Made by a program: the position numbers and the translations under genes. A stretch of 64,000 bases of DNA from Malacoraja senta (taxonomy: Eukaryota). The stretch is from the NCBI GenBank assembly GCA_038087875.1, contig CM075989.1, forward strand, positions 14,448,001 to 14,512,000. Direction: 5' to 3'. This document shows positions 49,861 to 61,314 of the stretch, piece after piece. Position 1 is the stretch's first letter. The number at the start of each line of letters is the position of its first letter. Under the pieces are notes generated by a model. That model was not told the DNA's origin and did no database searches. It saw only the letters and a program-made list of their open reading frames with translations.

Positions 49861-50234
49861 CTGGCGTTTCGTCTTCATTCTTTTTCGTTTTTTTGGCGTT
49901 TCGGCCTCGTTTCCATTCGGTTCTTTGATTACGACTTCTTTGCTTCGGCTTCTCCTCCGTCAGCGTCACGTCTGGGTACCGCAGTCGGCAGCTTCGGTTG
50001 AAAGTCCAGCATTTGTAACATTTCCAGCACTTTCCCCAAAATTGAAAGAATATTGCAGCTACATTTAGAAATAGCAAACTGCCATCACAGATAGAAGGAA
50101 TGGACCACGTTGTTGCTGCTACGCTTGTTCTGCTTAAGGTGGGTGCTGGCTAGTTTGACAGTGAAGAATTCCAAGAAGAGCAGCCATCCCTCACCTGTCT
50201 GTCCTACTGTATTTACTTTATTTGGTGCCTGAGG

Positions 50235-50838
50235 ACATTGGCGTCCCTTGGACTTTTACAGATGTGCTATACAAAGTGTTCTTTCCGGAGGCATCTCAAC
50301 CTGGTATGGCAACTGCTCTGCTCTTGACAGCCTGTGCCTGCAGAGAGTGATGAACACAGCCCAGTCCATCACAAGCTCGTCACCTCTTTCCATCCAGTCT
50401 ATCTTCACATTGCCTTGCATCAGGAAGGCTGGGAGTATCGTCGACGATGCCCGCCACCCTGGCCATCCCATTTTCTCTCTTCTCTCTTCTGGGAGAAGAT
50501 CCAGGAGATGGAATCGGAAACATAGAGACTTAAGCATGGGTTTCTCCCTACAGCTATCCTGGAACAAGCACTTTTTCACCACATTCCAAGAGGTGCTGTC
50601 ATGTAATCTTACTTTAATTCTATCTCACTTGGTTATTCCATTGTTACACTTTGGTTCTTTAGCACCACTTCACTTTGCATCATAATCTTTGCAGCATTCT
50701 GCTGTTTTGAATTGCTGTTGTATTTATTGTTGAATCTGTCATCACCATGTACACTGTTTACTCTGTGAGCCTCATGCAAACAAGGAATGTAATTGCACCA
50801 TGTTGCATATGGACTATAAACTAATCTGAAACTGATCA
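50235..50838 (+). mobile_element. Rex1/Babar-like LINE 3' fragment
   Basis: FYRCAIQSVLSGGISTWYGNC..LQRVMNTAQSIT..HPGHPIFSLLSSGRR plus tail. Confidence 0.85.
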
Positions 50839-50934
50839 AAGAATAGGCGGATTACTTGGTAGCAGAAGATGAGCAGGATTATTGGACAGACGGTCTTTGA
50901 ACCGACAGTAAAGCCTTGGCACCAAGATTCCAAC

Positions 50935-51280
50935 GTGCTCGTGGAGCAGTTATAAGCTGCTGCATCACAGGTCTAGAGATACACAGACCCAGGGAAGGGG
51001 GTTCGCTCCTGACCTCCGGTCCTGTCTGTGTGGAACTTGCACATTCTCCCCGTCAACCTCTTATTTTCGTGGTCTACTATCAAAGATCCACTAGTTGGTT
51101 TAGCTGCTGCAAAATTGTTCCTTTGTGTAAGTCAAAGGCAAAAAAGGGAAGGGATAGGCTTTTGTGAGAGAGAATAAATTGTAAAGGTATGGGGAAAATA
51201 AGGAGAGGGGAAGAACGGGATAAATGGGATTTCTCCTATGGGGCTAGCCATGGACTTGATGGGCTGAATAGCCTGGGTTG
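50935..51280 (+). mobile_element. Decayed HE1/V-SINE-like SINE
   Basis: gggttcgctcctgacctccggtcctgtctgtgtggaacttgcacattctc. Confidence 0.7.
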
Positions 51281-52454
51281 GTATAAATGTAAGGTATCAT
51301 ATCTTACTCTTTGTCGGCTGTTTGCTTTGTGAGGATTTTGCTGGATGTAAGGAATGGAAGAAAAAACAGTGGAGTGTTTTTAGAGTACTTTGAAGTTTTG
51401 GCGCTAGTTCTCCGGTATGTCTGCAATCCAGCCAAACATTTAGTGCCATCATCAAAGTACTCGGAGTCAGGAGGCTGCAGTAACAGTGGTGGGGATTACA
51501 GTGGCTGCTTGCATGATCAGACCAGTGAGGTGTGCTTGTGGGTTCACAGGGGGGTCTTTGATGAAGTGCCACATGGGAGATCATTCAAGTGCGTGACATT
51601 GGGAATGATGCAAGGGACTGGGCACTGGGGGGGGGGGGCTGGGGGGGGGAGAGAGGCATACAAGGGTCATTTTATGCATTGGAGACTGAGGTGTGGTCCA
51701 CAGTGTGCTAGCCCCAACCATTCACGATCTACACCAATGATGATTCATTGTAATATATCCAGGTTTACTGAAGGTATAAAGTCAGCAGGGAACTGTGTGT
51801 GTGGGTCAGGTGGGTGCTGGGGGAGGGGAGGGTGGGGAACGTGGGCTAGATGTGAAGCAGGAGCAAAGGGGTGAGACGGTGGGTGGGCTTGTGGCTAGGA
51901 AGGGGTCTGCTGTGTGGACCACCTACAGGTGCGAGCATTACTGCCCGAATAGCGGGGGCTGATTAGCGGGGGGTGCTCTGGTGCCTCCTCCACCATGGGA
52001 CCAAGACCTGGCTCTGGGCAGCCTCGGCGGGAGCTGGTGAGCAACGGTCTCCTCATGCTGGAAAGAAACAAGATACAAGCAATTTCCACTCTGCAACGTG
52101 ATGGACCAGGGCTCCAATGTTGTGGACCTTCGTAGACAGACCCCCACAGCGACAGAGCTGAACATCACTCCATCTCAGAGCCTGGGGACATCAACAGTAC
52201 TGCCCTCAGGGATGGACATCAGGCCAGGTCAAGAACAACCTTCATCTGAGGGGCCGCTGGAGGAGGCAGAGTGGTGTAGTGGTGAGGTCTCAACTATTGT
52301 CCATTTACCACCTGTATTACCGCCGACACCTTTACTAATCACATTAGTCATTAGTGACACCTTTATGATAGTGATCTTCAAACAAGTGGGAACCTCACAA
52401 TATCGTATGGTGAGGTTAAAGAGAGCTTACAGAGGTTAAAGATTTTAAAGTAGG

Positions 52455-53130
52455 CAGACAGACAGAGCTCCCCTGTGGTTATACCCCTCAGTAATGAGTA
52501 TACCGCTTCAGATACTGATGGAGGGGTGACTTTACAAAGGGCAGCAGCAGGTGGGTCGGTGGCACCGTCAGTGGTTCTGAGACACAGCAGGGATGGGTGA
52601 AGTCAGACAGGCCCACAGTGATAGGAGAGTCAATCATAGGGAGACAGACAGGAGATTCTGTGGCGGTAAAGGTGACACTAGCATGGCGTGTTGCCCCCCG
52701 CGTGCCAGAGTCAAGGATAGCACGGAGCAGTTGGGGGAGGCTTTAGTTTAGTTTCGAGATACAGCGTGGAAATAGGCCCTTCGCCTATCGAGTTCCAACG
52801 ACCAGCGAGTGTAGGGGGTATAGGATTAACACTATCCAATACACACTAGGGACAAGTTACATTTATACCAAGCCAGTAAACCTACAAACCTGTACGTCTT
52901 TGGAGTGTGGGAGGAAACCGAAGATCTCGGGGAAAACCCACGTGGTCATGGGGGGAACGTACAGACAGCAGCCGTAGTGAGGATCGAACCCAGATGTCTG
53001 GCGCTGTAACGCAGCAACTCCACCGCCGTGCCGCCGTGCCGCCTCCACGAGCAGCTAGAGATGGTTGTGCACGTCGGTACCATTGACACAGGTAGAAAAT
53101 GGGACGAGATTCTGCTGTGATCCTAAAGAC
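52455..53130 (+). mobile_element. CR1 ORF1 (SGNH/GDSL esterase-type) fragment, split by a SINE
   Basis: PVVIPLSNEYTA; VIGESII..DRRFCG..ACCPPRARVKD; VVHVGTIDTGRK (blocks GDS and HxGTND). Confidence 0.75.
52741..53045 (-). mobile_element. Young HE1/V-SINE-like SINE
   Basis: Full head (ggcacggcggcacggcggtgg on minus), B box gggttcgatcc, V core, (taaac) tail. Confidence 0.88.
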
Positions 53131-55304
53131 CTCTGTGAACATAAACTAACAGCACGAACAAGTCTCCTGTAGATTCCTACAACCAGTGTTAACACGTGTA
53201 GCCCATGCATCACCTGGGAGTTGAAGGCAGGAATAGATTAATCATGCAACGTATCCTGAAGCCAGCCTGTTGGTGAGATATACTGTAATCTGGCTGTTGA
53301 CGTCAGCCAATCTGTTTTGCATTTATTGCTGTCAATCATTCTACCTTCCCGAGTGTGAGCTGGGAGCACGGTTATTCATACAACAAACGCTCACGGACTG
53401 ATTGCTGAACCCAGCACCGAGTCACGTTATCCAACCTGTCACTTAACTGCTGTACCAAATGGGCAGTGATCGCTTTCTCCTGACGTCTGCTTCTGACACC
53501 TGGACTAGTGACATCCCAGGCATCCCAGAGCACGGGAGAAACAGATCTATCTTCACAAAGCCTTCCTAATTCACTGGAAGGATAAGCAAAGCAACATCCA
53601 TGTCCTCTCCCAGGCTGGTTTCTCCAATGAAGAGGCGTCAATACACTTGTTCACATACTCAACGCCAGGTGCCTGAAACACAATCTTCTCCGAGCTGCAG
53701 CATGAGCAGATTGCTCACGGGCAGGCAGGAAAAAGTTATGAATGTTCCCAAAGCTTCAGTCATGGAGTTGTGCAGCATGGAAACAGACTCTTCAGTCTAC
53801 CACTGAGGAGAGCCAACAGAGGACACCCGTCCTGATTGATCCCATTTACCAACACTTGGTCCAAGTCTTCTTAAGCATTACAGAGGCAGCAGAAGGAGGA
53901 CACCTCCCCTTGAACTACTCACCAACCCGCCTCATCACCCACAGCAGTGGGAAAATGCTGCGATTCCCATTGTACCCCCATTAGCCATGTCCGAACCCAT
54001 AGAACTAGAATGAAAGCAAGAGACACAAGGAACTGCAGGTGCAGGAATAGTGAAAAACACAAAGTGCTGAAGTAACATAGCTGGGAATGGAGGTGACATT
54101 TTGGGTTGGGACCTTTATGCTAGATGTTTTTTGATTTCCCAGGGACTCACTAAGAATGAGGGGCGATGAGAGTATGCTACACTGTATTAAAAAACTGCTT
54201 TACTGTCCAAGTCCTGGAATTCACCCCAGGGACTGGAGAAGTTCCAGAAAATGGTTCAATTCCACCTGTTCAGGAGCCATTAGGAACAGGCATATAATCT
54301 TGGCCTTGCCTGCAACATCCATATCCCAAGTATGAACATTAAAAAAAACCCTATTAATCCAGCATTATCGGTAATGAATTGACTTTAGTAGCTTGGCACG
54401 GTTCCTGGAACACATTGCAGTGCTGTTGGTATTATCTGCTTAACAAATCGTTTCCCAGGAGATGTATTATGAGTTGCAATGTGATGCTTGAAACAGAGTG
54501 ATTATAACCTGATGACATAAACTTGTATGCCCAAATCTGAACAAGTGGTCGTTGACAACTTACATTGGTCAAGGCTTAGTGTTCCTTCGATCCATTTCAC
54601 AGAAGGCTGCTCATCAGTGAGTATTGCCAAAGTTCATGTTCTGTAATTATTTTGATCTTTTTGTTTGGAGCGTGTCGCGGTCGCCAAATACTAAACCTCG
54701 CAGCATGCGCCTGGATAAAAGCAGAGCCCTTTGATTTATCCCAACAAACGTGCCAGGGAACAGAAACCTACTGGCTGCAAACATCGTCTGTCTAGCTCTT
54801 CCGTCCCACCCAACTGAGTGCAACCTTCTCGACTTGAACCTTATTAAAGGAAATATTAATCCAAGACTGAACAAAACGCAGAATCCCTGGGGTGTATTTT
54901 CCTCCTGTCAGGATGATGTGACAATTTTACCATTGAACCATGTGTACCAGTATATCTGGTACAGATCCAGTTATGACGTGTAAAAGGGAACTCCCCCTTA
55001 AAGGGGGTTCTTAAAGGAATGGTGTTGTTTTTACTGTGACTTCTGTTTCCTTAAAGATTTTATTCATTTCTTTTTCCTCATTTGTTCTTTTCGATCTTGG
55101 GAAAAGGTCGGAATCATTTTGCGGAAGCTGAAATATCGGTGATGTTTGCAAAGACCAGGGAAGTTCTCCTGGATATTATTGATGAGGATTAGGCAGCAAA
55201 GGAGAGGGGGGGTAGGGGGGGTAATAATTGACCAGCTCAGAGAGTTGAAGCAACATATTTCTGGCCATGACTCCAGGTAAGGTCTGGAATTTCAAGGGTA
55301 TTTC

Positions 55305-55770
55305 ATTATCATGGAGTCATACAGCACAGAAACAGGCCATTTGGCTCATCGCATCCATACCAACCAAGATGCCCCATCAAACCATGCCCAATATGCCCAT
55401 GTTTGGCCTTCAGATGCACCAGGTATGAACTGTAACAATGAAAGTGGTACTTGCTGCATTTTTACAGGCACATTAGACACAGCAACAACACTGAATAAAT
55501 ATACAAACGTACAAATTATTGGTTATACTAAATAAACTAGACCATGATAGTCCAAAAGTACACAGAGCTACCATTGTACAGTCTGTCCAGCTCCAAAGCT
55601 GAGGTAGGGTTGTGGTTAGGGTTGTGCGGCGTGGTTCAGGAACCTGATGGTTGATGAGAGGACACTGCTGTTGCACCTGGAGGATGCTGTTCTCAGGCTC
55701 CTGTGCCACCTTCCCAATGGTAGCAGTGAGATGAGAGCATGGCCAGGGTGGAGTGGATCTCTGATGATAT
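55305..55770 (-). mobile_element. CR1 tail abutting a Rex1/Babar tail
   Basis: catggagtcatacagcacagaaacaggcc; minus strand NIIRDPLHPGHALISLLPLGR. Confidence 0.7.
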
Positions 55771-56484
55771 TAAGCTTGAGCTTCACTCCAGCTCTCTCCT
55801 GAAGGGCAGAACGCATCAATCTCATCGTCAACAACGCCTGTTGTGTGCATAGAATCATTCCTGAGGACAGAATGGCCAATGAAAGCAGTCCTGGAATTTA
55901 CAGCACCAGCGCCTTAAGAAATGGCTGAACACCCCACAAGTGATATTTATTTTCTTAAGAGTCTGCCATTCATGTCTGAGTATTTCATTTTTCACACTTT
56001 AATTGGTAAATGTCCATAAGATCCGGTTCCTTTCATTGGGAAACTGACCCCGGCAGGCAGCTCGTTTAAATGCTGAAATGTCAGATGTGCAGTAATCTCA
56101 ACCTGCAATGACATTAACTTCTCCATTACACCCTTACATCTCGCCACACTGGACATTTCCCAGGTAACTGTGAAAGTGAATTATTGGCTGAAACTCTCTG
56201 GTCCTGCATTCAGTGTCGGCAGCTTGCAAGGTCCGGAATGTTTTGAATCTATAAGACAGATCGGTACTAAATAACTCATTCCAATGAAGATTTAAAAATG
56301 AACTCAGATCTGTGCTAGCCAATTAATCTACCCGCTTAATTTTTGCAATCTCAGCCAACAGTGTTTCCAACTAATGGAAACTTTCGTACTTGTGTATAAT
56401 TGAATAAAAGCATTTAAAAAGGGTACCCGACTACAGAATTTCAACCTGGATAATAAGGTGGAAAACAAAACCTCATCCTGTATT

Positions 56485-56710
56485 AAATGCAGAAAAAGCC
56501 CAGCAGGACAGACAGCATCTGTGGAAAGAGAACCAGTTAGCATTTCAGGTCAAAGATATTTCATCAGAAGGGTTCAGTTTATGAATTGTCCCAGACCCGA
56601 GTTCTGAAACATTAACTGTTTCTCTTTCCACAGATGCTGCCTGACCTGCAGTGGGTTTCCAGCATGTTTCTGTTTTTATTTCAGATTTCCAGCATCTGCT
56701 GGCTTTTTAG
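56485..56710. mobile_element. Old inverted pair of Penelope-derived modules
   Basis: cagcatctgtggaaagagaaccagtta ... taactgtttctctttccacagatgctg inverted arms. Confidence 0.7.
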
Positions 56711-57003
56711 TTTTATTTACCTTTGACTTGAAGTTTCACTTTGATACGGTAGTCAGATGTTCCATTTTTGTGACACGAACTTTAAAATGTTGGGAACTGA
56801 AAATGCAAATGTAGGTGGATATTGATTCACTTTATTTCCAAAAGGCATCAAGCAAGTTCAGAGTGTCTGGGAAAATAATCCATTTTATCTAATCCAATTT
56901 AGGATTTACTCACTTGCATTTATTGCCTAATTCAATTGGGTTTTGCATTAAATTGTTTCTGTAAATCTGCCCATGTAGTTCTCCCTCGGTATTAACCTTC
57001 AAC

Positions 57004-57381
57004 GGTGCAGCTCCCCCTCAATACTGCCCCATCACCATGCAGCTAGCTCCCCCTCAATACTGCCCCATCACCATGCAGCTAGCTCCCCCTCAATACTGCC
57101 CCATCACCATGCAGCTAGCTCCCCCTCAATACTGCCCCATCACCATGCAGCTAGCTCCCCCTCAATACTGGCCCATCACCATGCAGCTAGCTCCCCCTCA
57201 ATACTGGCCCATCACCATGCAGCTAGCTCCCCCTCAATACTGCCCCATCACCATGCAGCTAGCTCCCCCTCAATACTGCCCCATCACCATGCAGCTAGCT
57301 CCCCCTCAATACTGTCCCATCACCATGCAGCTAGCTCCCCCTCAATACTGGCCTCTGACAGTGCAGTCTTCTCTCAGTACT
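57004..57381. repeat. 36-bp minisatellite, 9 copies plus degenerate flanks
   Basis: atgcagctagctccccctcaatactgccccatcacc from 57037 with period 36. Confidence 0.97.
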
Positions 57382-57529
57382 AACTTCTATCAACTAATCA
57401 TGAGTTGATGAGTTACAACTTCTATCAACTAATAATGACTGCTTTTAAAATCATCTCTCCAATCTATTACTACAGTCCTTTCATTGCAATGCGAAATTAC
57501 GTTTTTTCATGCATGGATTATTCACTTAC

Positions 57530-57627
57530 CTGGCTTGCCAATATCCATTGAATGCGTCTAGAATGTGTGAACAAGTGGTATGCTGCAGCCAAGGAGTCAG
57601 TATTCAGCTGTGGACAAAACCATCCAT
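57530..57627 (-). other. Candidate 98-nt spliced exon of unknown transcript
   Basis: Minus strand acceptor tcttttctttctatgtccag| and donor cag|gtaagt; one frame open. Confidence 0.35.
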
Positions 57628-57721
57628 CTGGACATAGAAAGAAAAGATTGACTAAAGGTTTGATGTCTCCTACACAAAGTATTACTTTATCTATTCATAT
57701 TGACACAATGTGCTTAAGGGG

Positions 57722-57987
57722 AGACACAACGTGCTGGGCCAAGCAGCATCTCTGGAAGACATGGATAGGCGACATTTCGGGTCAGGACCCTTCTTCAGAC
57801 TGCAGATGAGTCTGAAGGGTCCTGACCCGAAACATCACCTATCCGTGTTCTCCAGAGATACTGCCTGACCTGCTCAGTTACTCCAGCACTTGGTGTCTTT
57901 TATTATAGAACAGTACAGCACAAGAACAGGCCCTTCAGTCCACAAGTCTTCTTTTGTAAACCAGCATCTGCAGTTCCTTGTTTCTAC
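57722..57987. mobile_element. Inverted pair of Penelope hammerhead modules, with a short CR1-tail insert at about 57905-57945
   Basis: Minus core CTGAAGAAGGGTCCTGACCCGAAATGTC at 57771-57798; plus core with 3-nt deletion at 57812-57836. Confidence 0.85.
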
Positions 57988-59044
57988 AATGTGTTTAAAG
58001 GTCGATGTCCATCTGTTGCCCATTACCCTCTTGTCTCCACTCTGAATCCCTGTTCCATGTACTAAAGGAATTGCCTCCCACCAAACCCCGAGCAACCGCA
58101 ACACCAGGCCAACATTTTATTACACAAGTCTATCGTCCAAACACCACCACAGGCAGGTTGAAATTCCCCATGGATGAGCCCTCGATTCCTCTTTCCATGT
58201 CATTCCCCTTGTCCATCATTTATAGCGATGATGAATAGCGGTGAGCTGTTGGGAACATGAATTATGAAGGTTATGTCAATAGCTATCCTGTCCCACACTG
58301 AAGCTGGTCCAATCAATACCAGAATCTGTAATTGTCACCTAATACATTTACTATACACAGCCTCACAGAGTCATTTTTTTGTGATACAGGTCATTGGCAA
58401 AATGGGATGTTCAAAATACACACGGATGGACAAGTGTAACAAGGGAGACCGTTTCACATATTGTGTGGTTTCCATGCACCATGCAGTGGGATCGGGGGAT
58501 TTAGAGACATAGAGTCGTGGAGTCATACAGCAAGGAAACAGGCCCTTCGGCCCTACTCTTCAAAGCTGACCAAGGTGCCCCAGGCTGCGCTGAAGGAAAA
58601 TTATGAATCAGGAAATTTGTGAAAATCACCTACCCTTTGAAATCCAGCTAGATGGAGTTTAGCACCTCTTTAAAAAGGACAAAGTTACAACTGATTTTTT
58701 TAAATTTATTTATAAGAACAGACATCTAGTACTTGGTGTCTTTTTTTATAGCACAGGAACAGGCCCTTCAGTCCCCAAAGTCTTCTTTTGTAACTTCTAG
58801 TGTGGTCAGCTGTGTATTACACATCTGTAATTGCCCTTGAGGAGGTGTTGATGAGCTGCCTTCTTGGCAGTGTGTATGGTGAAAGTAGTGCTGGGCCCAG
58901 CAAAGATGGAGGATCAATGAGATATTTCCGTGGGAGAGTGGTGTGTGACCTGGACTGGGAGTTCCACGTGGTGGCACCTCTATGCTTCATCCCTTGACAG
59001 CAAAAGTCACCAGACTGGGAGGTGCTGCTGGAGTAGACAAGTCG

Positions 59045-59572
59045 CTACCGTGTACAAAATCATGAGTGGAATAGATCGGGTAGATGCCCAGAGTAGGAGC
59101 AATGAGAATCAGAGGACATAGGTTTAAGGTGAGGGCGGAAAGATTTAATAGGAACATGAGGTATAACTTCTTCACACAAAGGGTAGTGGGTGTATGGAAT
59201 GAGCTTCCGGAGGAGATAGTTAAGGCAGGAATTATCGTAATGTTTAAGAAACATTTAGACAGGTACATGGATGGGTAGGACAGATTTAGAGGGATATGGG
59301 CCACATGTAGGCAGGTGGACCTAGTGCAGATGGGACATGCTGTTCGTTGTGGGTAAGTTGGGCTGAAGGGCCTATTTCCATGCTGTTCGTTGTGGGTAAG
59401 TTGGGCCGAAGGGCCTATTTCCATGCTGTTCGTTGTGGGTAAGTTGGGCTGAAGGGCCTATTTCCATGCTGTTCGTTGTGGGTAAGTTGGGCTGAAGGGC
59501 CTATTTCCATGCTGTTCGTTGTGGGTAAGTTGGGCTGAAGGGCCTATTTCCATGCTGTATCACTCTATGACT
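59045..59572 (+). mobile_element. CR1 3' end
   Basis: VYKIMSGIDRVD..RGHRFKVRAERFNRNMRYNFFTQRVVGVWNELPEE. Confidence 0.88.
59336..59550. repeat. 43-bp tandem repeat, 5 copies, inside the CR1 3' UTR
   Basis: catgctgttcgttgtgggtaagttgggctgaagggcctatttc at 59336, 59379, 59422, 59465, 59508. Confidence 0.95.
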
Positions 59573-61314
59573 CCATCAATCTAGTGCGTTTTGTAGATGA
59601 CATTCAGGGCAGCAAGAGTTCCCTGGTGGAAAGGGGTGATTGCTTGGGGTGGTGGAAGGGATACATTCAAACAGGTTGCTCTTCCCCGAGTGGGACAAGC
59701 ACGTTCGTTGTTAGTAAAGCTGCACTCGTCTGGGCAAAGCTGTGCTCGGAGGTTGATGAAAATGCTTCGAGGAGTCTGCAAGGTACCCAGTCTCTACAAT
59801 GGTTATGTGGCTGCTCCAATAAAGGTTCAAGCCAATGGTGACACCAACCACTACCTCACCCCATCCCCAGAATGTTGCGATTAAAGGGTTAAACTCTCCG
59901 TGTTTGGAGGTGGTCATTGCCCGGTCCTTGTGTGGCACAAGTGTTGCGGACACTTGTCACGCCGTGCCTGAATCTCGTCACGGTCCAGATCGAAGTCTTG
60001 CTGTTCATTTGTCAATGAGGATTGGAGCACAAACTCTCGGGGAGCTGGCTGGCAGCTACATGGTGAGGTTAGTTTCATAGCTATTTATTGACTGTGTCCT
60101 TCTCACTATTGTTTCTTCTGCTGCACTTGCAAGCTGGTGGGGGCTTTTGGATGCCAATTAGTAGGTTTTCTGCTCATTCAAGCTCAATAATTCCTGTAAC
60201 TATAACTAAGAAGCATTAACTTGCATGATGTGAAAGATGGTGCTTATTTCATGGTTAATTCCGTTGTGCAGCTTGTGTTTGGGTTGATGCTCTTGATTCA
60301 TAATGCGTTTGCAGGCTGCGCCGAGACCCAAGTGTGTTATTTGATTCAAATATTTTGCACAGTAATGGATGTTTAACCCAGAGTGAGCTGAGCACCATTC
60401 ATGGCCATCACTGTCTGTTATTGCATTCGTTCAGGTCCATGAGCCACCATTTATTGCTACTTGTGGCTCACATTTTCTGTAGTGGGTTAGCTGCTCAGAA
60501 TCAATTTGTTTAATTGGGAGATGAGTATTTGGCTCCCTTGTGGCCGGGCTGTAGAAGGATCTGCCTCTTCCTGTTTAAAATGAGAGGGTGGAGGCTTAGA
60601 GGGCAACTGAGGGGGACTTTTTGTACTTGGATCTCGAAAGCCTTGCTTGAAGAGGAAGAGGTGGTGGAGGCAGAGACTCACAACATTTAAGAAGCATTGA
60701 GATGAGCACTTGAATCGCAAAGCTATAGAGGGCCACGGATTATTGCAGGTAAATAGGGTTGGTGTCAGTATGTTCGTTGAGTAACACACACATGGTGGGC
60801 CAAAGGACTTGTTTATTTGCCCAATTACTTTATAATTCCAATCAGGTCGAGAGACAGGGAAGAACTAATTACGATTTTTGTCAGTTGGTATTTAGAAATA
60901 ATGGTAAATTGATCCAAATGGCTTTGAAATGCATTAATCATTTTTTTAATCTGCATCTATTAGAGAGTTTAAAACCACTTCTCGTTCTGAAATTGCTGCT
61001 TTCCTGAAAAAGATATGGTTATTTTTATGCGAATTTATGTGAATCACGATATTTCTACTTGTAACCTTTAGAATATTTCACCATCAATGAGAAATTTTAC
61101 ATGGACAGCACATCAATATTTCAGTAAAAGATTATATTCAGTGCAATGGATGCCAGTTAGAACAGTGATTATCCTTCCTTACGCCAGCTGATGCTGCTTT
61201 GATCATGAACACACACAAATAGCAGTTAACCTGACCTCGGACTGAAAAATGAATCGAGGAGTTAAAAAAATAATTGAATTTTCCTTCCCTAGGAACAAGC
61301 AAATGTTTCACAGA

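Noticed and set aside
51311..52439. 187-aa and 113-aa ORFs as host exons
   Set aside because: No recognisable domain; includes a CR1 RT scrap (FDEVPHGR) and G-rich low complexity; no convincing splice sites
57037..57408. 123-aa (MQLAPPQYCPIT)n protein
   Set aside because: Translation of a 36-bp minisatellite
57521..57535. U1 snRNA 5' end (acttacctggc)
   Set aside because: Similarity stops after 11 nt; better read as a minus-strand splice donor
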